64,000 nucleotides of DNA from a virus (Duplodnaviria; Caudoviricetes). The position numbers and the translations under genes are program-made. Numbering within the stretch: position 1 is the stretch's first letter; each line of letters begins with the position of its first letter. The notes beneath the pieces were generated by a model, which saw only the letters and a program-made list of their open reading frames with translations, had not been told where the DNA came from and ran no database searches. Positions 56,901 through 64,000 of this stretch are shown piece after piece. The stretch lies in IMG/VR virus record IMGVR_UViG_3300025098_005131; one strand, 5' to 3'.

Positions 56901-59417
56901 TAATAAAAACTGGCTGTTTTCTAAGCTTGAAAAAGAATGTTCTTCTTTACCATAAACTAAAGAAAACTTGTTTTCTTGGCTTAGCTGATTTTCAAATTTA
57001 TAGTTAGTTAGTTTTTTTGCTTTTTCTTTATAACTATTTAAAAAGTTTATAATTCTTAGTCCACCGTCATTATTTAATTTTAATTTTGCAAATTTTACAT
57101 TCTTAATAATTCTTTTAATTCTTGTTGCGTAAGAAGGCCAATCATTCTGTATGTTTAAAACATCAAAAGGAATATCCTTGCTCGACTTCTTAAAAGAAAG
57201 TTTTCCTTTTTCTATTCCTGAGTATATATTATTTCTTAACGGATGATCTTTTGTTGTTTTTGTATTTGAGTTTTGCTGTATCAATATTCTTTCGTAAAAA
57301 TATTCCTCTTGACTTTGTAAATCTTCATTTCTATTAATAAACTTTTCTTTCATATCACTTAATTTGTGTAATTTGTTTGTATTCTCAAGCAACACAAAAG
57401 GCTGTTGCATGTTTTCTCTGTATGAATAAAAGCTACTTCCGGTATTTTCTTCAAGGACTTTGGCTAAAGATATTTCTCCAGCTGGAACCTGATTTTCTCG
57501 GGAGAGTTCGGGGTGTTCAAGTCTCATCCTAGGACTTGTTATTAATTCATTCTCTTTTAAAACTATTTTTCCACCATCAACTTGATCTCCCCGATCAGGA
57601 TAAATATTTCCCAGCATAGAACGTTTATACTCAAATAAGCTTAAAAAGTTAAAATTACCCAAAATAGAAAAAGAATAAAAAAACTTTTGTTCTGTGGACA
57701 CGCGATCAGAAAACACACCTTCAGGCAACCATGCACTAATTTTAATACCTGATTCACCTGTGATTGAAAGACTATTTACATTTAAAACTGTAAAGCTTGG
57801 GCAGTCTAAATAGTCTTTTACATTACTATCAACTATCGACTTTGCTTTAGTATCTAGTAATAAAACTCTATTTTCTTGCGCTTCTCGAAGTCGTAGTGAT
57901 GCTATTTTCAATACAGCTTTATTGAAAGAAGAAATATTAAAAAGTCTTGAAGTAAATGTTAATTTTGGAACCTCCCATCTTGAGGCTTTAAAAGCTAGCT
58001 TTGCTTCATCCTTAATATTATAGTTAAAAGCTAGCTTTTCGACTGTTTCTCGTTCATAGTTTTGTGACAAATCTCTTAACGAAAAGTCTACATTAGCGTC
58101 TCTGTCATCTGATATTGTAATACGTTTTTTGTCTCTTAAAAATATATTTTTAAAACTGTTTGGTAACAATAACATGTTATAGTATGAATTGTCATTTATT
58201 TTTTTAAAACTTTCAGGCCGTATGTTTTCGTTTGTACTGCTATTTACAACCATTCTGCTTATTGGGTTTAGATAGTTAAATATATTTGAAGATGATTTAT
58301 TGCTTAAAGATAATTCATCATATCTTAAATCATCTGTTTCTATATCGTTAAAGCATGAAATATTTTTAAATTCATCAGCAGTATTATTATCAATATTATA
58401 TAATTCTGAGCTAGTCAAATAAGGGAGTAGTTTAACTATAGGAAACTGATCAAATATTTTTAAACTTAAATCATCGTAAGCATTTAAATTTGGTGAGCTA
58501 CTTTGTAAAAAATCAAAGCTCCAGCTGTCTCTGTATATATTATTAAGAGAAAGTGATGTATTTAACAAGATTTGACTGATAATCTTATCAGAATTTAATA
58601 TTCTATCGTCTTCTATATCTTTTTTATATCTTAAAACAGAAGAGTATATTGTTTCAAGCCTACTCGATTCAGATGGGTTTAGTATTGTATCACTATTTTC
58701 AAAACTTGTTGTAGGAATAGAAGTTGTTATGTTCTCAATAATAACAATTTCTTCTCTTGCGATTCTTCTATAGTATTTTCCTATTTTATTAAAAGTATTT
58801 CCTATAAAAAATTTATGAATATTATTGCCTATACTGTTTTCTTTTGATAAATCATCTAGTTTTTTAAATGACAAGTTTATACTGTCATATATAAAGTTTA
58901 TATCATTATAACTTTCTTCTAAATTAGAATAATATAGGTTTCTATTTAACTCAGCGTTACTGCTATTAATAAAAAACCTACTAGCAATTGTTTCTTGCTT
59001 GCTTTTCAAGTAGTCAACTTTAATGTCAAAATAACTATCTGTATTTATTTTGCCATCTGATGTAGATGTTAAAATTTCATGACTCAAGACAGAAGGAAAA
59101 ATATTTAAATTATCGTCAGACTTTGTGTTTATTAAAAGTCTTAAATTGTTACTAATATTTATATTAATGTTGTTAGTAATTAAATCATCATCACTATCTT
59201 CTGTTAAGCTATCTAAGTATTCATTGTTTAACTCTTGTTGAGTCGTATTATATAAAGCCCTATCACGTAATTCTGACCTAAAAGCACTTATTGCGCTCGA
59301 TATTCTATAATCAGCAGACATCATCTCTTGGACAGCACTAGCAGTATTATTCAATCCACCTATAGACTCATTTCTTCCTGTAGACTCAATTCTTGAAAGA
59401 TTCATTTGATATGTCAT
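53922..59417 (-). CDS. Very large Asn/Ser/Ile-rich hypothetical protein (1831 aa)
   Basis: Uninterrupted 5.5-kb ORF with ATGA overlap to the next gene; no recognisable motif. Confidence 0.75.
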   Translation of the reverse strand: MTYQMNLSRIESTGRNESIGGLNNTASAVQEMMSADYRISSAISAFRSELRDRALYNTTQQELNNEYLDSLTEDSDDDLITNNININISNNLRLLINTKSDDNLNIFPSVLSHEILTSTSDGKINTDSYFDIKVDYLKSKQETIASRFFINSSNAELNRNLYYSNLEESYNDINFIYDSINLSFKKLDDLSKENSIGNNIHKFFIGNTFNKIGKYYRRIAREEIVIIENITTSIPTTSFENSDTILNPSESSRLETIYSSVLRYKKDIEDDRILNSDKIISQILLNTSLSLNNIYRDSWSFDFLQSSSPNLNAYDDLSLKIFDQFPIVKLLPYLTSSELYNIDNNTADEFKNISCFNDIETDDLRYDELSLSNKSSSNIFNYLNPISRMVVNSSTNENIRPESFKKINDNSYYNMLLLPNSFKNIFLRDKKRITISDDRDANVDFSLRDLSQNYERETVEKLAFNYNIKDEAKLAFKASRWEVPKLTFTSRLFNISSFNKAVLKIASLRLREAQENRVLLLDTKAKSIVDSNVKDYLDCPSFTVLNVNSLSITGESGIKISAWLPEGVFSDRVSTEQKFFYSFSILGNFNFLSLFEYKRSMLGNIYPDRGDQVDGGKIVLKENELITSPRMRLEHPELSRENQVPAGEISLAKVLEENTGSSFYSYRENMQQPFVLLENTNKLHKLSDMKEKFINRNEDLQSQEEYFYERILIQQNSNTKTTKDHPLRNNIYSGIEKGKLSFKKSSKDIPFDVLNIQNDWPSYATRIKRIIKNVKFAKLKLNNDGGLRIINFLNSYKEKAKKLTNYKFENQLSQENKFSLVYGKEEHSFSSLENSQFLLNSNEKFYSKNNFLLNSEKVKPLDQYVLENNQVGNIQFDINSSDYRKFMSNYFPVGFFKSEKTYLNYLNLSTKIAISQTNWWFLGFEKLLSDAIAGDDSLDIAKYLVYVALMQKNGFNIGSYTELNEATNGSYNKYIGKVFDTENFKKQQSFTIRTLSEQCLSKISASKARSEYKLNTAAANRDEQNDSYGELSTIGGEVYQLLFPFILHKFRFSNNIEPMKLFYSDIIAFGDGQNIRNRGYVLSSDDKSFKNFITSKSFNYDAYLCEKTSSINSEDNFSANIENIDNKKVLFNIASEKSEISYIVMEDNLTDTNNDTILEGQDAMLNLDTDNLFYRQMINPYTNSTDEVNSRYESLKNNLNYTTSYSMNLEDFYKLESVGTLSKNLKNSIIEVMSYYNNSDFDDASSITDFINNNDSIIQVVYDLIKPIAEHFSFYYDQVTNLSIKKNIDKITKFEFNQSGTYGDNLYSSDNDVSKGNSTFTLSPELIWDNEVLDVVREELKNHQRAARAAVYVPGDLRRQVFSGGALPTGNTKVRNDLDACYNTFCNTNDLEAVSHDILHYWLYSKENIQLQSISGSINSSFNEVENLLADLGDGLNSLPSFLRYINNDAKLNKISKYAIDRYLYQNFVYSKLNSSQGILNLENSLSQDGAFGPNKKIEELSKELCKKSIHKIYRTYEQQGIDRNSNIDIIRLGIKYDLAKEVLENKVLHIKINIVNHKFPDVYFKPLNYYYMPCFTNILPFHYRLLKEQNNFEQIDPYDFVGYFDHNIKSLENRMSILNRDTAELYIKNIVEGTNFENALFEPEDGSIRENEDVYALIYDQIATSNAVKYCDYVKQKVFNEKDLNLESTSSKNILSSMTTNVYENMSDQEFKKVFLKEKDVFDSIINLENGTMDLLNNLEVIDSQIYAYDFLKMLDYNMSMTEFAKIFTDDIYYDIFNIKIERSELIRRIDKEVYENSDYRESYDDFRKNLYTKKESNVGYSFIIEANIL

Positions 59418-59424
59418 TATTTTA

Positions 59425-60777
59425 TTACTTTTCTATTAAAATATTTGGTTTTAAGTTGCTAGTTTCATTTACATTTAAAAACAATTCTCTTTTTCCAGAA
59501 TTGTTTTCTTTTTTTCTTCTAATAATATTATTAAAACATATAAACTTTTCTTGATTTTTTTCTTCTATAACAATAACGTATCTTTCAATAATATTTTTAA
59601 TAAATAAAGAATTCTTGTTTGTGTTAAATAAAATTTTATCGTTATCAACATTTTTAATTCCCCAGATTCGAAGTGCTCTGCTATAAAACTCTTTATTAAA
59701 GTTACATGTTTGTCTAGAATCACTATTTATAATAACAATTTTATCTTCTTCTAACTTTAAGTTTTTTAGCTTTTCAACAAAAATAAAATCAGAATCTATT
59801 AATATTTTATTATTGAAAGTTTTATGTATTGTTTCTTTAAAATTGTTTTCGTAAAATTCAATGTTGATATTTCTATAAGCTTTTACTGCGCTGATGTTTT
59901 CAATATTTTCAACATACTTTTTGATGTCTACTTCTGCTAAAGATTCATTTGAATTAATAGACTTTTCAATTTTTATAAAATTGTTGTTACTTTTAAAATT
60001 AATATTTAACGTACTATTACAGAAATAATTTTCACAATTAACATAATTATAATCTAATATCGCGTTTAAGTTAGTCTGGCTTATTTTTCCTGACAAACTT
60101 CTAGATGATGAAGCTAAAACATTGTTATTTTTAAATATACTTTTATTTGAATTATATAATTTTTGACTCTTGTTCTGTATATCACTAGATACTTTTAATT
60201 TATAACCTGCACTAGAATCAATCTTGTTGACTTTATTAATTTGCTTTCTTTTTAAATTTTTACCTACAATATTAAATATTTTTTCAAAAACAATATTTTT
60301 TCTATAAGTTACACTAGAATTATTGTTAGTCTGTAAACTTTTGAAAAAATAGTTCTTAGCTAGTTTATCTATTTTTACAAATTGATCTGGAGAAATTCTA
60401 TTTAGCGACGTAACTACACTTTCTTTTTCATCGTCTGTTGCTTGTGAGTTAAATATCGTCTTTAAGTCTTCATTTTTAAAAACAATATACTTAATAAAAC
60501 CTATCTTTTCTAAAACAACAGCAGAACTAATTTCATCTATTATTTCGTACGTATTCGTTTCTTGATTTACAATGTCTGCCAAAATAAAATACTTAGTAAA
60601 AGTTTTCTTCTGATTGTTTTTCATGATATAAATCATGTTGTATTTAAGAACTGTATTTGAATATATCTTGCTATAATATAAGTTGGCGTCCTCTGACTGA
60701 GTATCGTATTTAAGATTTGTTAAATTATTTTTGTTAATATTCTCTATATTAAGCTTTATTCTCGTTAAATTAATCAT
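59425..60777 (-). CDS. Asn/Lys/Ile-rich hypothetical protein (450 aa)
   Basis: ORF coupled to the upstream gene by TAATG overlap at 60777. Confidence 0.7.
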   Translation of the reverse strand: MINLTRIKLNIENINKNNLTNLKYDTQSEDANLYYSKIYSNTVLKYNMIYIMKNNQKKTFTKYFILADIVNQETNTYEIIDEISSAVVLEKIGFIKYIVFKNEDLKTIFNSQATDDEKESVVTSLNRISPDQFVKIDKLAKNYFFKSLQTNNNSSVTYRKNIVFEKIFNIVGKNLKRKQINKVNKIDSSAGYKLKVSSDIQNKSQKLYNSNKSIFKNNNVLASSSRSLSGKISQTNLNAILDYNYVNCENYFCNSTLNINFKSNNNFIKIEKSINSNESLAEVDIKKYVENIENISAVKAYRNINIEFYENNFKETIHKTFNNKILIDSDFIFVEKLKNLKLEEDKIVIINSDSRQTCNFNKEFYSRALRIWGIKNVDNDKILFNTNKNSLFIKNIIERYVIVIEEKNQEKFICFNNIIRRKKENNSGKRELFLNVNETSNLKPNILIEK

Positions 60778-62207
60778 TACTCATCCTCACAATTATCCGA
60801 CATATTAGTTGACGTCTCACACTCGTCGGAATCATTTGTGCTCTCCTCGCCATCATCTTCATTTGTTTGCAGTGGGTATATATCAAATGGAACAGAAATA
60901 GGTCTTCCTCCTAAATCGATTTGTGGAATTACACATTGAATGCTCAAATTGTTAATATTACTATTTTTAATGTATAATTTATCAAAACTTTTTGTTACTA
61001 TGTTTTTAAATAAAAAGTGACTAGATGTTTCTATTCTTTTTTGTGAACCTTTTGCAAAATAAAGCTTAGTTTTAAGAACATCGCTTACTTTAAAAACAAT
61101 AGAAACATTTGACAACATGTTATATAACTCTTTATTACTGTCTACTATGCTGTTATTAATTTTTATTAAAATATTACTACCAGCAGCTTCTACAGTAAAA
61201 AATCTACCTTCTTGAAAATATTTGTATTTATAATAGGAATAAAAGCTTTCTTTAATTTTTTTTATTTTTGAAGCTTCAACTTGAAATATTTTTTCGCTCT
61301 GAAAAAATAAACTATAATAAAAAGTAATTTCAAAGTCCAAAGTAGCAGAGTCACTTAGCTCTTGGGCTTTACTTAACACATCTGAAATAAAATTTTCTTC
61401 TCTTAAAAGAAGAAAATTAATCCTGTCAATGTCGTTAGCGTTTGCAAAAAATGTTGTGTCACCACATTTTATTTTAATACCGAGAAATGAACCATTAAAA
61501 AATTCACTTAAAGTCCTTAATAATGTGTTATTGTACTTTAAATTAATCCCAGAGTCTAAAAGACTCTTAGCAGAAAGCCTACCAAGAATACCAGAACTAA
61601 AGCTAGATCTTCTATGGAAAAAAGGAGTAATAGTAATTCTTGTTGAACTTAGTAACTGATCTAATAAATTCTGTGTTATACTTCTTGAAGCTAATGAATT
61701 TTGTAGATAACTAAAAGGATTAGCTGATTCTTGGTCAGAAGACGCAATTTCTACTATATTGTTTTCTTTGTTTGTAGCATAAACAGTAAAAACGTGTGAG
61801 TAGTCTTGATCTGCAAAAAGAAATTCTAAAGTAGTTTTTTTAATAGAACAAAATATTGTTGTTGAACCTTCAATTTCGTTAACGCTTTTATTAACAAGAA
61901 TTTTTTGTTTATCAATTTCTCTTTGACCTGACTTTATTGATATGTTTTTTGAAAATAATTTCCTTGTTAAAGAATCATAACTTCCTTTAATTTGGTCAAA
62001 CTCAATATTTCTTGATAGATTAAGTGAGTTACTTAAGTGTGTAGGTTTACTTCGTGTAGTATAGTATTTTCTTTTAATAAGGCATGAAACGTAGATATCT
62101 TCTGTAAGATTTGCTGTGTTTATAACTACTGGTACAAAAAACAAATTTCTATCTTGCGAAGCAAAAATGTTACTTGTGTCTATATTATTTATAATGCCGT
62201 TTTTCAT
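60777..62207 (-). CDS. Hypothetical protein (476 aa)
   Basis: Long ORF abutting the upstream stop codon. Confidence 0.7.
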   Translation of the reverse strand: MKNGIINNIDTSNIFASQDRNLFFVPVVINTANLTEDIYVSCLIKRKYYTTRSKPTHLSNSLNLSRNIEFDQIKGSYDSLTRKLFSKNISIKSGQREIDKQKILVNKSVNEIEGSTTIFCSIKKTTLEFLFADQDYSHVFTVYATNKENNIVEIASSDQESANPFSYLQNSLASRSITQNLLDQLLSSTRITITPFFHRRSSFSSGILGRLSAKSLLDSGINLKYNNTLLRTLSEFFNGSFLGIKIKCGDTTFFANANDIDRINFLLLREENFISDVLSKAQELSDSATLDFEITFYYSLFFQSEKIFQVEASKIKKIKESFYSYYKYKYFQEGRFFTVEAAGSNILIKINNSIVDSNKELYNMLSNVSIVFKVSDVLKTKLYFAKGSQKRIETSSHFLFKNIVTKSFDKLYIKNSNINNLSIQCVIPQIDLGGRPISVPFDIYPLQTNEDDGEESTNDSDECETSTNMSDNCEDE

Positions 62208-63221
62208 TTATTCTACTACCATTGTAAACATAGATATAAAACAATAGTCATTATCTACGTTGTATATAAACTGCCTATTTTCAGCATTAACGCTGTCTGT
62301 TATTTTTCGTGTAAGGATTATTTTGCCAATTAAGTAAATAGATCTTTGTCTTCCTGAGGAAGGGTCAATAATGTCATCAAGTCTAATAAAGACTAGCTTA
62401 TCTAGATTACTGTCGTTTAAAACTTCATGAAGCTCAAAAATATAAGCGTCTTCTTGCTTTTGAAAGTCTTGATTAATATTATACCTTTGAAAGAAAACTT
62501 TAGTATTGTTTTCTAAAGCATTTAAGACTTTATTAATAGACTCATTTTTACTATCACTTTCAAGTAAGTTTAGTCTAGGATCATCAAAAGTTTTAAATAA
62601 AAAATTAACATTAAAATTTTCTTTAGTTTCTTTTTGCTCAATGTCAACTTGAGAACCGTCTGTGTTAATTGGGACAAGTGTTTTAAATCTTATTTTGCCC
62701 AGGAATCTCTTGTCATATAACATTTCATCTAAATTGCTTATGTCTTCACTTAGATATTTTATTGTTGGGTAATTTCGTACATTTATTTCACTTACAAAGT
62801 CAAAGCTACTAAATTCTTCTTTACTACTAAATAGTATCTCATTACTCTCAATAATATTAAAAGATTTTTTATCTAGGTATTTTTTTTGTATTAGAAAATC
62901 GCTTAAAGAAATATTTGTTGCATTATTTTTAAAAACAATGTTTACGTCTCTATTATCATAACTAACTTTTCCATCAAGATATAATTCTGGATTTGCCTTT
63001 ACAGAAACTTCTGAGTCGTTTTCAAAAGGAAGAAAAAACTCTTCAGAATTAGAAATCTTTTCATCTTTTAAAGAATCATGATTTTCGTGATAAACGATGG
63101 ATGAATCAGAAAAAGTATAATACTTAAATCTTAAGTCATTTCCATTTGACAATTGTGACTTTCCGTCATGAGTAAGCTTGAAGTCAATTAATCTATTTTT
63201 TCTATCTAGAAATCCTGCCAT
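62208..63221 (-). CDS. Putative baseplate/tail-collar protein, paralog of the 249-aa ORF N-terminus (337 aa)
   Basis: MAGFLDRKNRLIDFKLTHDGKSQLS...FKYYTFSDSSIVY parallels MGFLNH...DAVLTEKGRELL...FSFADDEVDY. Confidence 0.6.
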   Translation of the reverse strand: MAGFLDRKNRLIDFKLTHDGKSQLSNGNDLRFKYYTFSDSSIVYHENHDSLKDEKISNSEEFFLPFENDSEVSVKANPELYLDGKVSYDNRDVNIVFKNNATNISLSDFLIQKKYLDKKSFNIIESNEILFSSKEEFSSFDFVSEINVRNYPTIKYLSEDISNLDEMLYDKRFLGKIRFKTLVPINTDGSQVDIEQKETKENFNVNFLFKTFDDPRLNLLESDSKNESINKVLNALENNTKVFFQRYNINQDFQKQEDAYIFELHEVLNDSNLDKLVFIRLDDIIDPSSGRQRSIYLIGKIILTRKITDSVNAENRQFIYNVDNDYCFISMFTMVVE

Positions 63222-63226
63222 TGTTT

Positions 63227-64000
63227 TTAGCTCTCTTCAAAAGATATTTCTTCAGTATTATATCTTGCATTATTGTCAATATTATAACTATTAACCAAAT
63301 CACCTTCACTTACATAAAAGTTTACAAAATTTGCTTGATCAATGGTTCCAGAATTCAAACTAAGGTTATCTATTTTACCTGCGTTTTTACTTTTCAGCCT
63401 TATTGTCCTTTTATATTGTTCTGTAGTTTCTAAGACTTCTGCTTCAACCTCGAGCTTAAATTTCTTATCTGTTGAGTTTCCGCCGTTTTCAAAACTTGCT
63501 GATATGGCAAAAGAACTATGGCCGGCGACGAACTTAGTAATAGTAGTGTCACCGTCTAATCCTATTATTTTTTGTTGAATAAATAACTGATCTATAATAT
63601 TATACGGCAAAAAAGTGTCTATTTTTAAAATTGAAAGCTCAATTGCTTTTTTTAAGCTAATTATCTGCTGCTCTTTTGACGCTAAGGATGGAACTTCGCT
63701 TATTTGTCTTATTCCGACAATTATTGTTTCGTTTGTATTATCACTTGAATCAAAGACTAATGATGAGCTTTCACTAGTATATACATCGTCATTAATACTA
63801 AATTTAAATTTTATTTCATTACCCTGTACGTCTTCTAAAGTTATAAATTGATTATCATAAAAGCCAACGTCGTCGGGGTCTAAAGAGAGACGAGCATGTG
63901 AATAACCAGAGCCTATATTGCTTAAAGGATCTAAATCGTAACTTTTAAAATTATTATTATCAATTGTATTTAAAAGATTAGCTATTTTATTAATAAGCTC
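63227..64000 (-). CDS. Hypothetical structural protein, 5'-truncated by the window edge
   Basis: The frame of the listed 127-aa TTG-start ORF has no stop up to 64000 (ELINKIANLL...FITLEDVQGNEIKFKFS...LFIQQKIIGLDGDTTITK...). Confidence 0.75.
   Translation of the reverse strand, partial: ELINKIANLLNTIDNNNFKSYDLDPLSNIGSGYSHARLSLDPDDVGFYDNQFITLEDVQGNEIKFKFSINDDVYTSESSSLVFDSSDNTNETIIVGIRQISEVPSLASKEQQIISLKKAIELSILKIDTFLPYNIIDQLFIQQKIIGLDGDTTITKFVAGHSSFAISASFENGGNSTDKKFKLEVEAEVLETTEQYKRTIRLKSKNAGKIDNLSLNSGTIDQANFVNFYVSEGDLVNSYNIDNNARYNTEEISFEES

Noticed and set aside
63227-63610. 127-aa ORF with TTG start as a complete gene
   Set aside because: The frame stays open to position 64000, so it is the 3' part of a longer gene cut by the window edge.
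1431-63851. Numerous plus-strand ORFs of 60-240 aa lying inside minus-strand genes (for example 1431-1865, 11543-12004, 37961-38686), and short minus-strand ORFs inside the two real plus-strand genes
   Set aside because: They are antisense shadows of long, motif-bearing genes, rich in Ser/Leu/Phe, without RBS or recognisable motifs.
1-64000. Stop-codon reassignment, as seen in some jumbo phages
   Set aside because: Genes up to 1831 aa read through under the standard code, coding density is very high, and TAA, TAG and TGA all end genes at expected positions.

Overview
The window is a 64-kb, very AT-rich piece of a large T4-like (jumbo) myovirus genome and covers almost the whole virion morphogenesis module, nearly all on the minus strand. 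In transcription order (right to left) it holds: a block of large, fast-evolving putative baseplate/tail-tip genes (46.9-64 kb); a RuvC-like resolvase, a primase and a fused Mre11/Rad50 (gp47-gp46, SbcDC) gene; terminase large subunit, portal, prohead protease, several putative internal head proteins, scaffold and major capsid protein; an accessory island (22.5-30 kb: a 1122-aa plus-strand protein, HExxH peptidase-like protein, VOC/glyoxalase, GIY-YIG nuclease, acidic lipoprotein, putative lysis cassette); two paralogous decoration-like proteins; neck proteins (gp13/14/15-like); three tail-sheath paralogs around one tube gene; a tail assembly chaperone; and a tape measure protein. All product calls come from motif recognition and gene order, not database searches. 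The strongest leads are: (1) a probable +1 (or -2) programmed frameshift at UUU-UUU-U that joins the chaperone to a downstream ORF with no ATG start; (2) a GC-rich structured leader with a possible pseudoknot/hairpin switch just before the RBS of a decoration-like gene; (3) a three-sheath tail reminiscent of eCIS architecture, with one sheath carrying a ~710-aa modular insertion; (4) a perfect 16-bp inverted repeat spanning the RBS and start codons of two divergent genes; (5) a tail-collar-like domain apparently split across separate genes; (6) a shared amphipathic motif in putative internal head proteins. No tRNA, rRNA, CRISPR array or integrase was seen.
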